Positions 50,107-59,567 of a stretch of 64,000 nucleotides of DNA are shown one piece after another. The stretch covers positions 1,249,979 through 1,313,978 of the forward strand of contig CBDFMY010000003.1 of NCBI GenBank assembly GCA_965249835.1, in the 5' to 3' direction. The stretch comes from Candidatus Poriferihabitaceae bacterium (GTDB lineage: Bacteria > Pseudomonadota > Gammaproteobacteria > Arenicellales > Poriferihabitantaceae). The notes beneath the pieces were generated by a model, which saw only the letters and a list, made by a program, of their open reading frames with translations, was not told the origin of the DNA and made no database searches. Position 1 is the first letter of the stretch; each line of letters starts with the position of its first letter. Made by a program: the position numbers and the translations under genes.

Positions 50107-51063
50107 ATGACCATGCCCACCGCCACTGAAGCCGCCACTGAAGCCGCCACCGAAACCAATCGGCAACCCGAAGCCAGCCCCCAGCATCGTTACACCCGCA
50201 ACATACTCGTGCAGATGCTGGCGGTGTTCTTGTTGCTGTTGGGCGTAATCGTCTGGCAGTGGGATGTGGTGCAGCAGATTTATCTGAAAAATCAGATCAA
50301 CGCCATCGGCTGGATCATCAACGGCGGCATCGTGCTGCTGTTTCTGTTCGGGTTGGCGGTATTGGTGTGGCGTTTTTTCGAATACCGCGATCAGGAACTT
50401 GCCATCGCCCGCTTTTTGCGGAACATAGAACAAGGTCGGGATCCATTGCTGGAAGTGAACCCGAATTGCATGCTTGCCGAGCGTTATCACACCTTGCACG
50501 AACTCAGTCGGCGGCACACCGACATCAACCAGAACGCGCTGGCGGCGACCCTGCTGGCATCGGAATCCAGCCGCAACAGTTTCCCGAAGTTTGTTCATAA
50601 TGTGCTGATACTCACCGGCGTTTTCGGCACCATCATTTCCCTGTCGCTGTCCCTGCTGGGTGCCTCGGAGATGATTCACGGCACCGCGGTGAATGGTCTC
50701 GGCACCATGATCTTCGGCATGTCGACCGCGCTGTCCACCACCATGACCGCGATTCTCGCCTACCTCATCTTCGGCTACTTCTACATCAAACTCACCGACA
50801 CCCAGACCTACCTCATCAGCCGCGTCGAAGAAGTCACCGCCACCATTTTATTGCCGCACCTGCGACTCAACCAGCATGCGGAGAAAGATTCCACCGACAG
50901 CGTGCGCAGTGTCGGCCAGCCGGTCGATGCCATCACTCGAGCGGAACTCGAAGCGATGCTGACGCGCATCGTTGAAGCGCAGCAGCGTTCCGACGAAGAA
51001 AGCCGCGCATTGTTGGCCGATGCGGTTGAGCTGCTTCGCGAAGGTTTCCGCCTGCGCAAATAA
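50107..51063 (+). CDS. MotA/TolQ/ExbB-family proton-channel (stator A) protein
   Basis: Two N-terminal TMs. Second TM pair with GTMIFGMSTALSTTMTAILAYLIFGYF (MotA/ExbB signature region). About 90-aa helical tail. Confidence 0.6.
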   Translation: MTMPTATEAATEAATETNRQPEASPQHRYTRNILVQMLAVFLLLLGVIVWQWDVVQQIYLKNQINAIGWIINGGIVLLFLFGLAVLVWRFFEYRDQELAIARFLRNIEQGRDPLLEVNPNCMLAERYHTLHELSRRHTDINQNALAATLLASESSRNSFPKFVHNVLILTGVFGTIISLSLSLLGASEMIHGTAVNGLGTMIFGMSTALSTTMTAILAYLIFGYFYIKLTDTQTYLISRVEEVTATILLPHLRLNQHAEKDSTDSVRSVGQPVDAITRAELEAMLTRIVEAQQRSDEESRALLADAVELLREGFRLRK

Positions 51064-51093
51064 ACTCGAACGAATTTCCACGCCAACCGACCC

Positions 51094-52296
51094 GTGCATC
51101 CCACCGCCAACAACGGATTCATCGATTTGCGCGTGGGCCACGGCGCGCGCGGAATCGGCGACGACAGCGTGTGGCCGTCGTTCACCGACATCATGACGGT
51201 GATCGTGATGATATTCCTGATGGCGTTCGTGATCATGATGATGCGCAACTTTGAACTAGACCGCCAATTGACCACCACCGAAATTTCCCGCGAAGCCGGC
51301 CTCGCGGCCAATCGCGGTTTGCTGGATAAAATCCACGCCCTTGAAGCCCAAACCAAGGGCCTTCAACAGTCCCTCGGCATCAGCCAGGGCGAGCGAGACG
51401 CGCTGCAGGCGCAACTGCTGGAAGAATTGAAACGCATCAAGTTGATGGTCGCCGACAACCGCAACCTTGACGAGCAACTCGCCGCCATCATCGTCGAGCG
51501 CAGCCGCTTGTTCGAGGAAAAGCAGCAACAGGCGGAGCAGTCCGGTGCGCGCATCGCCGCGCTGACCGCCAGCGAAGCGGACTTAAGTCAACGCATCAGC
51601 GCAGTGAGCGAGCAGCTCGCCAATCTCGAACTCCGCTCGGCCGGTGAAATCGAAACTTTGAGCACCGCCAACCTGACGCTCACTCAGCAACTCGACCAAG
51701 TGGCAACGCAACTGGAACAGGTTAGAGTGTTATTGCAAACCGAACAGCAACAGCGTCGCGCGCTCGGTCTGCAGATTGAAGTTCAGGAGCGCGAATTGGC
51801 CGAAAAACAGGAATGGCTCACGCAGTTGCAGTCCATGCAAGAGCAATCCACCGAACGCTACGCCGAAGCCCGTGCGCAAATCGACCGCCTCAACCAATCC
51901 ATCCATCGCCGCGAAATCGAAAACGCCGCCTTGCAAGAACTCGCTGATGTGTCCGACCAACGCTTCCATTCGTTGCAGGAAGAATACGACTCATTGGACG
52001 CCGAATACCGAACTCTGGTTCGTCCGGCGCGCAACTCGGCGGGCAAGTATGTGGTGGAAGTGTGGATTCTAAAATCCGGCGACCAATACCACTTTCGCCT
52101 GAAACAACCCGCGCAACCCGCCGCCGTGGATTACGCGGAAGATCACCTGCATCAACGCCTCGCCGCACTCAAAGCGAAGCAGGGGAAAAATCTCTACACC
52201 AAAATAATCATTCCCGAAAACAACTCGCTGTCGCACAACGAAGCATGGCGCATCACCCGGGAAATTTTGCAAGGATATGATTATTATTATCAGTAA
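51094..52296 (+). CDS. MotB-like stator B protein with long coiled coil and divergent C-terminal domain
   Basis: [19 protein letters not shown] (MotB-type TM with the conserved Asp), about 250 aa of heptad-rich Q/E/L sequence, about 90-aa C-terminal domain without a clear OmpA motif. GTG start uncertain. Confidence 0.55.
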   Translation: MHPTANNGFIDLRVGHGARGIGDDSVWPSFTDIMTVIVMIFLMAFVIMMMRNFELDRQLTTTEISREAGLAANRGLLDKIHALEAQTKGLQQSLGISQGERDALQAQLLEELKRIKLMVADNRNLDEQLAAIIVERSRLFEEKQQQAEQSGARIAALTASEADLSQRISAVSEQLANLELRSAGEIETLSTANLTLTQQLDQVATQLEQVRVLLQTEQQQRRALGLQIEVQERELAEKQEWLTQLQSMQEQSTERYAEARAQIDRLNQSIHRREIENAALQELADVSDQRFHSLQEEYDSLDAEYRTLVRPARNSAGKYVVEVWILKSGDQYHFRLKQPAQPAAVDYAEDHLHQRLAALKAKQGKNLYTKIIIPENNSLSHNEAWRITREILQGYDYYYQ

Positions 52297-52349
52297 CGCA
52301 ATCGGCTGAGAGAAAATTCAAACCCGGGCCAAAGCCCAACCCCAAACCC

Positions 52350-54230
52350 ATGAAATACCCCGACCCATTCGCTGTCATCGTCATCGGTGCCGGACACGCC
52401 GGTGTTGAAGCCGCGCTTGCCGCCGCCCGGGTCGGGTGCCGCACTTTGCTGGTTACCCATAACATTGAAACCATCGGGCAAATGTCGTGCAACCCGGCCA
52501 TCGGCGGCATTGGCAAGGGACACATCGTCAAGGAAATAGATGCCATGGGCGGGGTGATGGCGCGTGCCATTGACCAAGCGGGGATTCACTTTCGCACACT
52601 CAATTCGCGCAAAGGTCCGGCGGTACAGGCGACTCGCGCTCAGGCCGATCGGGCGTTGTATAAAATGGCGATTCGGCGGGCGGTGGAGCATCAACCCAAC
52701 CTGACGCTTTTCCAGCAACCGGTGGATGACCTGCTGGTGCATAACGGCCGCGTCACCGGCATCAAAACCCAATTGGGCATTGAGTTCAACGCCGCCACGG
52801 TTGTGCTTACCACCGGGACTTTTTTGCACGGCAAAATTCATGTTGGCTTCAACAGCGACCGCGCCGGTCGTGCCGGCGACCGGTCGTCTTTGGCGTTGGC
52901 GGATCGTCTGCGCGAGATGCCGTTCACCGTGAGTCGTTTGAAAACCGGTACGCCGCCGCGCATAGATGGTCGGACCATCGACTACACCCAACTCGAAGCC
53001 CAGCCGGGCGATCAGCCGCCGCCGCGTTTTTCCTTTCACGGCGATGTGAGTGCGCGTCCGCCGCAGGTGTGTTGCCACATCACCGCCACCAATTCCGACA
53101 CCCACGACCTCATCGTCGCCGCCCTCGACCGCTCGCCCATCTACGGCGGCGTCATCGAAGGCGTGGGACCGCGCTATTGCCCCTCCATCGAAGACAAAGT
53201 CGTGCGCTTCGCCGAGCGCAACAGCCATCAGATTTTTATCGAACCCGAAGGATTGAATACCACCGAAATTTATCCCAACGGCATCTCCACCAGTTTGCCG
53301 TTTGATGTGCAACATCGTTTCGTTCGAACCATTCGTGGATTCGAACGCGCGGTCATCACACGCCCCGGATACGCCATTGAATACGATTTCTTCGACCCGC
53401 GCGGACTCAAGCAAACCCTTGAGACCAAGTGCATCAAAGGTTTGTTTTTCGCCGGCCAGATCAACGGCACCACCGGCTACGAAGAAGCCGCCGGCCAGGG
53501 ACTCATCGCCGGCTTGAACGCCGCGTTGCTCGCGCACGGTCGCGAAGGCTGGTGCCCGGCTCGCAACCAGGCCTACATCGGCGTGATGATTGACGACCTC
53601 ATCACCCACGGCGCCGCCGAGCCTTATCGCATGTTCACCTCGCGCGCCGAATACCGCTTGCAACTGCGCGAAGACAACGCCGACCTGCGCCTGACCGAAA
53701 TCGCCCATCGCCTCGGTCTGGTGGACGACGACCGCAAACGCGCCTTTGACCGGAAACGCGAATCCATCGAAACCGAACGTCAACGCTTGCAGCAAACCCG
53801 GATTCACGCAAAAACGTTCGCCCCCGAACTGGCACACAAACTCCTCGGCCAGCCGCTGCAACGCGACACCAACCTGCTGGATTTGCTACGCCGTCCCGAA
53901 GTTACCTATAAAGACCTCATCGCCCTGGCCCCCGGCGCGCAGCAACTAACCGACCCGCAAGCCATCCGCCAACTCGAAACCGAGGCGCGATACAGCGGTT
54001 ACATCGAACGCCAAACCGCCGAAATTCAGCGACGGGAAAAATATCAAGACTTGCGTCTGCCGGCCGAGACCGATTATCACTCGGTGCGCGGGTTGTCTAC
54101 GGAAGCCCGTCAGAAACTGACCGAAGCCAAACCGCAAACGCTGGGGCAGGCATCGCGAATCCCGGGAGTAACGCCCGCGGCGGTTTCATTGTTGTTGGTG
54201 TATGTGAGAAAAAATCAGCGCGCAGCGTAG
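52350..54230 (+). CDS. mnmG: tRNA uridine 5-carboxymethylaminomethyl modification enzyme MnmG
   Basis: [32 protein letters not shown]. 626 aa. Confidence 0.95.
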   Translation: MKYPDPFAVIVIGAGHAGVEAALAAARVGCRTLLVTHNIETIGQMSCNPAIGGIGKGHIVKEIDAMGGVMARAIDQAGIHFRTLNSRKGPAVQATRAQADRALYKMAIRRAVEHQPNLTLFQQPVDDLLVHNGRVTGIKTQLGIEFNAATVVLTTGTFLHGKIHVGFNSDRAGRAGDRSSLALADRLREMPFTVSRLKTGTPPRIDGRTIDYTQLEAQPGDQPPPRFSFHGDVSARPPQVCCHITATNSDTHDLIVAALDRSPIYGGVIEGVGPRYCPSIEDKVVRFAERNSHQIFIEPEGLNTTEIYPNGISTSLPFDVQHRFVRTIRGFERAVITRPGYAIEYDFFDPRGLKQTLETKCIKGLFFAGQINGTTGYEEAAGQGLIAGLNAALLAHGREGWCPARNQAYIGVMIDDLITHGAAEPYRMFTSRAEYRLQLREDNADLRLTEIAHRLGLVDDDRKRAFDRKRESIETERQRLQQTRIHAKTFAPELAHKLLGQPLQRDTNLLDLLRRPEVTYKDLIALAPGAQQLTDPQAIRQLETEARYSGYIERQTAEIQRREKYQDLRLPAETDYHSVRGLSTEARQKLTEAKPQTLGQASRIPGVTPAAVSLLLVYVRKNQRAA

Positions 54231-54368
54231 ATTGCGCTTGCCTATTTTCCGCCATGGTCGTTTTGCTGTGTAGTGTTGCGTTGCGTTGTCGCTTACTTAC
54301 TTAATGTAAGCGCGCTCCACCGCTCCTTGCGCGCCTTGCCTGACAACGAAAATACTGCGCACAATTTT
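54231..54368 (+). repeat. family-B MITE-like element
   Basis: ATTGCGCTTGCCTATTTTCCGCCATGG...CTTAATGTAAGCGCGCTCCACCGCTCCTTGCGCGCCTTGCCTGACAACGAAAAT. Confidence 0.85.
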
Positions 54369-54518
54369 GCGCGTATCATCCCTGATACGCGCCCTTCGGG
54401 CTCGCTTCGCTCGCGCCAATCAATTCATGGTGCTCCCGGCGATTTTTTCTCAATGTGCTTTGGCTTCTCAACGCGCTTTTGTCTTTTCAATTTATTATTG
54501 CCCTTTCATTCGTCATTC
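54369..54518 (+). repeat. family-A element plus 70-bp extension, copy 2
   Basis: Near-identical to 54718-54867 (offset 349 bp). The first 80 bp match 13960-14039. Confidence 0.9.
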
Positions 54519-54717
54519 TCGCCGGCAGGCAAGTTGTTCTCGCCAAAGGCGAGAACCCAGAACTAAAAAACGATGAGAGTAACTAATACCGTCATAATCC
54601 AAGCCACATCTCCAGACCGTGATTCCTTTTGAGATGCCAAAAGCAACCGAGAAAAAGTTTTAATGTCGTTACGCCTTAGTGCGCTCAAAGCGGCGGCTAA
54701 CGCCGCCACTCTGGATT

Positions 54718-54867
54718 GCGCGTATCATCCCTGATACGCGCCCTTCGGGCTCGCTTCGCTCGCGCCAATCAATTCATGGCGCTCCCGGCGATTTTTTCTC
54801 AATGTGCTTTGGCTTCTCAACGCGCTTTTGTCTTTTCAATTTACTATTACCTATAATTCGTCATTGT
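54718..54867 (+). repeat. family-A element plus 70-bp extension, copy 3
   Basis: See copy 2. Confidence 0.9.
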
Positions 54868-54892
54868 CCGGCTTGTTCCGGGCAATCCAGTT

Positions 54893-54918
54893 AAAAAACC
54901 CAGCGGCGTTAGCCGCCC
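54893..54918 (-). terminator. possible intrinsic terminator of hemW (also a repeat-family hairpin)
   Basis: Minus strand reads GGGCGGCTAACGCCGCTGGGTTTTTT about 36 nt after the hemW stop. The same GGCGGCTAACGCCGCC hairpin recurs at 54692, 56282 and 58875. Confidence 0.4.
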
Positions 54919-54953
54919 GTCACGCAAAGCGCGTTCACGCGCAACCGCAAACA

Positions 54954-56126
54954 TCATCCTCCGCCAACCACCTCGCCGGTTGCCAACACCCCTTGCAACA
55001 CATCATCCAAAAACAAATACCCGCGCTCGCTGCATCGTATCCTGCCGCTTTCATGCACGACCAGTCCGCGCCCGATGGCATCGTCCAATACCGCCAGCAC
55101 CTCGTCGACATCCCGGCCAGTGCGTGTCGGTATCAGGTCGGTGTCAAAGCCGTCGATCAGGCGCAGGGCGTTCATTAACAATTCAAACCCCACATCCCGG
55201 TTCGCGATTTCTCCGCTCCCACCAACTCCGCACCCGTCCGTCACCGAGGTGAGATAGCGTTGCGGATGTTTGTGTTTCCAGTAGCGCGTGATTGCACCGT
55301 GCCGGGTTATTTTCCCGTGGGCGCCGGCACCGATGCCGAGGTAGTCGCCGAATTGCCAGTAGTTGAGATTGTGCCGACACCGCAGCCCCGCTTTGGCGTG
55401 GGCCGAGACCTCATAGCGTTCATAGCCGTGCTTGCGCGCCAACTCGTGCAGGGCTTCCTGCATTTCCATGAGGCAATCGTGCTCCGGCAGTTTTGGCGGA
55501 TGGCGATGGAACCAGGTGTTGGGTTCAATGGTGAGTTGATAGAGCGACAAATGTGCCGGAGAAAATTCCAGCGCGCCTTCCAAATCGCGGAGTGCCGCCC
55601 GGGTCGTCTGCTGCGGCAAGCCATACATCAAATCAAGATTGAAGTTGACCAACCCGGCATCGACAGCCGCACGAATGGCATTGCGAATTTCTTCGGCGGT
55701 GTGGATGCGTCCGAGTTGCTTGAGATGAGCGTCGTTAAAACTTTGCGCACCCAGCGACAGGCGGTTGACGCCGGCCGCCCGGTAGGCGGCAAAGTCGTCA
55801 TGCTCCACCGCGCCGGGATTGGCTTCCATGGTGATTTCGATGGCTTCGTCAAAGGCGATGCGCGATTGTATTTCGGTCAGCAATCGGGCGATGGCGTTGG
55901 CACCGAACAAACTTGGGGTGCCACCGCCCATGAACACGGAGACCAACTTTCGTTCGCCGCAGGCGTGGGTGGCAAGGTCGTGGTCAAGGTCCCGGATTAA
56001 GGTGGCGATGTAGGTAGGTTGGTCGATGGCACCGCGTTGTTGGTGGGAGTTGAAATCACAGTAGGGGCATTTTTTTACGCACCAGGGGAAATGGATGTAG
56101 AGGGAGAGGGGTGGATGGTTCATCAA
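54954..56126 (-). CDS. hemW: radical-SAM heme chaperone HemW (HemN-like)
   Basis: LYIHFPWCVKKCPYCDFNS (CxxxCxxC). 390 aa. Confidence 0.85.
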   Translation of the reverse strand: MMNHPPLSLYIHFPWCVKKCPYCDFNSHQQRGAIDQPTYIATLIRDLDHDLATHACGERKLVSVFMGGGTPSLFGANAIARLLTEIQSRIAFDEAIEITMEANPGAVEHDDFAAYRAAGVNRLSLGAQSFNDAHLKQLGRIHTAEEIRNAIRAAVDAGLVNFNLDLMYGLPQQTTRAALRDLEGALEFSPAHLSLYQLTIEPNTWFHRHPPKLPEHDCLMEMQEALHELARKHGYERYEVSAHAKAGLRCRHNLNYWQFGDYLGIGAGAHGKITRHGAITRYWKHKHPQRYLTSVTDGCGVGGSGEIANRDVGFELLMNALRLIDGFDTDLIPTRTGRDVDEVLAVLDDAIGRGLVVHESGRIRCSERGYLFLDDVLQGVLATGEVVGGG

Positions 56127-56140
56127 TTATACTTGCTCGT

Positions 56141-56260
56141 TCGCTTGCTTATTTTCCGCCATGCTTTGTTGCGCTACGTTGCGTTGTCGCTTACTTACTT
56201 AATGTAAGCGCGCTCCACCGCTCCTTGCGCGCCTTGCCTGACGAAAAATAATCTGCGCTC
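56141..56260 (+). repeat. family-B MITE-like element
   Basis: TCGCTTGCTTATTTTCCGCCATG...CTTAATGTAAGCGCGCTCCACCGCTCCTTGCGCGCCTTGCCTGACGAAAAATAATCTGCGCTC. Confidence 0.85.
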
Positions 56261-56339
56261 GTCGTTCTGGCTCAAAACGCCGGCGGCTAACGCCGCCGCC
56301 CGCATCCTCGCCTGCGGCGAGAATAACGAACAACGAACG

Positions 56340-56966
56340 TTATTCTTTCTCCACCCACCGAATCAACGGCCGCCATTGCTCTACATCCTGATCCACCTGA
56401 TACGGCGACATCTCAAAAATCCCATGCCCGGCGTCGGCGGCGCGGATGTAGTTTTGAACATCGCGCAGGCGGGTGATGAGCGGAATTTTCATCTGGCTCA
56501 AAAATTGTTCAAGGTTATGGAAGATGAGCGTGTTTTCGCGGACGCGATTGGCGATTAAGCCAACCGAGGTGGCGTGCAGAAGATCGTCGAGCATAAGTTG
56601 GCCGATGAAGTGGCCGGCGGCGCGGATGTCAAGAGGCGAAGGCAACACCGGTATGATGACGCGGTCGGCAAATTTGAACAGGCGTTTTAACTGCTGTGTC
56701 GGAATGCGCGCCGGGGAATCCATGACCACCCGCTCAATGTCGGCGGAAAGGCTGGCGTGGCCGCGCTGACCGAGGCTGGCGTTGATGCCATGGATGGGGT
56801 TGAGGTTGGGGCTTCGTTGCTCCAGCCACTCAATGCTGGATTGCTGGGGATCGTAATCCACCAGTGCAACAGGCACTTTCCACAGCGCGTAGTAACTCGC
56901 CAGATTGGTCGCCAGCGTGGATTTTCCGCTGCCGCCTTTGGGATTGACCACTAGAATTGTTTTCAT
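56340..56966 (-). CDS. ParA/MinD-family ATPase without adjacent ParB
   Basis: MKTILVVNPKGGSGKSTLATNLA deviant Walker A. 208 aa. ORF-track start 57059 judged too long. Confidence 0.7.
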   Translation of the reverse strand: MKTILVVNPKGGSGKSTLATNLASYYALWKVPVALVDYDPQQSSIEWLEQRSPNLNPIHGINASLGQRGHASLSADIERVVMDSPARIPTQQLKRLFKFADRVIIPVLPSPLDIRAAGHFIGQLMLDDLLHATSVGLIANRVRENTLIFHNLEQFLSQMKIPLITRLRDVQNYIRAADAGHGIFEMSPYQVDQDVEQWRPLIRWVEKE

Positions 56967-57139
56967 CGTTTTCTCCGGTTGTGCCGACACCGCCGATATT
57001 TCTCTCACGCCGCCGTTCGGCGTGGCCAGCGTGGCCAATGGGGCTATTCTATACAGCAATATCAGGCAGATTCAAGACAAAAACCCACTACAATAGCCCG
57101 CACCACAATTCTGCCCACTGACCCCTGACCCGAAACCTC

Positions 57140-58492
57140 ATGCCCACATCCCACGATTTCATCATCCTCGGCGGCGGTAGCGGCGGGATTGCGGCGGCGC
57201 GGCGGGCGGCGGAGTACGGTGCGCGGGTGGTGCTGTTTGAGCCGGGGCGGTTGGGCGGGACCTGCGTGAATGTGGGTTGCGTGCCGAAAAAAGTGATGTG
57301 GAATGCGGCTCAGATTCACCAGGCGTTGGGGCTGGCCGGGGAGTACGGATTTACCGTTGAGGAGCGGGGATTCCACTGGGCGAAGTTGAAAGCGGCGCGA
57401 GATGTATATGTGCGACGGTTGAACCAGATTTACGCGGATAATTTGCAGGCGTCGGATGTGGAATTGATGGCATCGGCGGCGCGGTTTCATGGGCGCAATT
57501 CGGTGGAGGCAAATGGCACGGTTTATTCGGCGGCGCATATTCTGGTCGCCACCGGTGGATGCCCAACGGTGCCGGATGTGCCGGGCATGGAGTTGGCGAT
57601 TACCAGTGACGGGTTTTTTGAATTGGAGGCGCAACCGCAGCGGCCACTGTTGATTGGCGCGGGGTATGTCGCCACCGAGTTGGCCGGGGTACTGCACGGC
57701 ATGGGCAGTCAGGTTGCGATGTTGTTGCGCAAGGACCGATTGTTGCGCGCGTTCGATCGCACACTGGGGGATATGGTGATGGCGCAGATGCTTGCTGCCG
57801 GCGTTGACATTCGCACCGGCGTATTGTGCGAGGCGTTGTTCCGCGCCGCCGATGGCAGCCTCGGTTATCGTGCGGTGGGTGGGGAGTCGGATTCAGGCTT
57901 TGACTGCGTGATTTTCGCCGTGAGTCGCCATCCCAACACCGCCGAGTTGGTGCTGGAAAACGCCGGCATCGCGCCCGGGCGTAATGGTTTTGTCGAAGTG
58001 GATGCGTTCCAGAACACCGAAGCCGCCGGCATCTATGCGGTGGGCGATGTAACTCCCGCCACCCCGCTCACGCCGGTCGCCATCGCCGCCGCAAGACGCC
58101 TCGCCGACCGCTTGTTCGGCGGCCAGTTGGATGCGCGTTTGGAATACGAAAACATCCCCACGGTGGTGTTCAGCCATCCGCCCATCGGCACCGTTGGTCT
58201 TGGCTTCGAACGCGCCGCTGAAGTGTATGGCGAGGAAAATCTACGGGTGTATGAAAGCCGCTTCGTCAACATGCGCTATGCCGTTGCCGAGCACAAACCG
58301 CCGACCGTGGTGAAACTGATCACCACCGGGCCCGAGGAAAAAATCATCGGTTGTCATGTGGTCGGCGACGGTGCTGATGAAATGATGCAGGGGTTCGCGG
58401 TGGCGGTGAAAATGGGCGCGACCAAAGCGGACTTTGATAATACCGTGGCGATACATCCGACCGCGGCGGAAGAGTTTGTAACGATGAGATAA
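57140..58492 (+). CDS. gor: glutathione-disulfide reductase
   Basis: [30 protein letters not shown] redox-active disulfide, C-terminal HPTAAEE. Confidence 0.85.
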   Translation: MPTSHDFIILGGGSGGIAAARRAAEYGARVVLFEPGRLGGTCVNVGCVPKKVMWNAAQIHQALGLAGEYGFTVEERGFHWAKLKAARDVYVRRLNQIYADNLQASDVELMASAARFHGRNSVEANGTVYSAAHILVATGGCPTVPDVPGMELAITSDGFFELEAQPQRPLLIGAGYVATELAGVLHGMGSQVAMLLRKDRLLRAFDRTLGDMVMAQMLAAGVDIRTGVLCEALFRAADGSLGYRAVGGESDSGFDCVIFAVSRHPNTAELVLENAGIAPGRNGFVEVDAFQNTEAAGIYAVGDVTPATPLTPVAIAAARRLADRLFGGQLDARLEYENIPTVVFSHPPIGTVGLGFERAAEVYGEENLRVYESRFVNMRYAVAEHKPPTVVKLITTGPEEKIIGCHVVGDGADEMMQGFAVAVKMGATKADFDNTVAIHPTAAEEFVTMR

Positions 58493-58503
58493 TCCGCCGG
58501 CGG

Positions 58504-58642
58504 TTGCGCGTGCCTTTTCGTCGCCATGGTTTATTACGGTTTGTTATGCTGTGTAGTATAGTGTTGCGCATCATCGCTCGATCGCTCACATACTTAATGT
58601 ATTGCTCACTCCCTCGCTCCTCACGCGCCTTGCCTGACAACG
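58504..58642 (+). repeat. family-B MITE-like element (diverged)
   Basis: TTGCGCGTGCCTTTTCGTCGCCATGG...CTTAATGTATTGCTCACTCCCTCGCTCCTCACGCGCCTTGCCTGACAACGAAAA. Confidence 0.75.
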
Positions 58643-58722
58643 AAAAAATCGCCGGGAGCGCCATGAATTGATTGGCGCGAGCGAAGCGAGCCCGAAGGGC
58701 GCGTATCAGGGATGATACGCGC
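58643..58722 (-). repeat. family-A 80-bp element, copy 4 (reverse)
   Basis: AAAAAATCGCCGGGAGCGCCATGAATTGATTGGCGCGAGCGAAGCGAGCCCGAAGGGCGCGTATCAGGGATGATACGCGC. Confidence 0.9.
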
Positions 58723-59019
58723 AAAATAGGCGCGCAATTTTGCGCGTGCTCGCGCTTTGCGCGGGGTAAGTTTCCACGCGCCAGTTGATTGGGAGAATAG
58801 AGTAAGTGGGCGTGACAACGAAAGAATCAGTATTCGTCATCCTCGCCGGCAGGCAGAATCCAGTTATTAAACCCAGCGGCGTTAGCCGCTATCATTTCGG
58901 CGGCGAAGCCGCCGGTTTTTCGAACCAGAATTGTATAAATTCACTGTTTCGCTGACAGTTTTCCCCGCGACCCCCCCAAACACCGCCAAAACCCTCTCAC
59001 CAAGCGGCTGAAATTCTCC

Positions 59020-59049
59020 TTGACAATTCCCTGTCTGTTTACTTATAGT
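59020..59049 (+). promoter_or_regulatory. sigma70-type promoter of the mraZ (dcw) operon
   Basis: TTGACA (59020-59025), 18-nt spacer, TATAGT (59044-59049), about 55 nt upstream of mraZ. Confidence 0.55.
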
Positions 59050-59072
59050 GTCGAAATGTGGGTAATTGTGGA
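59048..59072 (+). promoter_or_regulatory. putative MraZ operator (three 10-bp-spaced GTGGG-like repeats)
   Basis: GTGTC (59048), GTGGG (59058), GTGGA (59068) just downstream of the -10 element. Confidence 0.45.
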
Positions 59073-59103
59073 TATTTCTCCATAAAATGAACCAAATCTG
59101 ACC

Positions 59104-59562
59104 ATGTTTCGAGGAATACATTCACTGAATCTGGATGCCAAAGGGCGTCTGGCCATTCCGGGGCGATACCGGGATGACCTGACGAAGCGTAGCGGCGGGC
59201 AGATGGTGGTGACGGTGAATAACACCCAGGAGCACTGCCTGTGGTTGTATCCGCTGGATTCATGGCGGGGAGTCCAGCAGAAGGTGATGCGGTTGCCGGA
59301 TTTTGACCCCAATCATCAGAAACTCAAGCGGTTTTTCATCGGCTACGCCAGCGACCTGGAGATGGACAAAAGCGGGCGGGTGCTGTTGCCGGTGCCGCTT
59401 CGCGAGTTTGCGGCGATGAAGCGGGAGATTTGTTTGATCGGTCAGGGCAACAAATTTGAATTATGGAGCGCGGAATTGTGGAACGCACGGCGCGACCAAT
59501 GGTTGCAGGAAAACATGGACATGGAAAAGATTTCGGTGGAAATGGAGCAACTGTCGCTGTAG
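59104..59562 (+). CDS. mraZ: transcriptional regulator MraZ
   Basis: MFRGIHSLNLDAKGRLAIP. 152 aa. Confidence 0.95.
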   Translation: MFRGIHSLNLDAKGRLAIPGRYRDDLTKRSGGQMVVTVNNTQEHCLWLYPLDSWRGVQQKVMRLPDFDPNHQKLKRFFIGYASDLEMDKSGRVLLPVPLREFAAMKREICLIGQGNKFELWSAELWNARRDQWLQENMDMEKISVEMEQLSL

Positions 59563-59567
59563 TCGGA

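Noticed and set aside
50120-50155. ATEAATEAATE micro-repeat at the N-terminus of the MotA-like protein.
   Set aside because: It is only about two and a half copies of a 15-nt unit, upstream of the first TM, with an uncertain start codon. It is too small to interpret.
54231-54953. oriC next to mnmG, or near rpmH at 45080-45949.
   Set aside because: I found no cluster of TTATCCACA-like DnaA boxes and no AT-rich 13-mer repeats. The regions are explained by repeat elements, and dnaA is not in the window.
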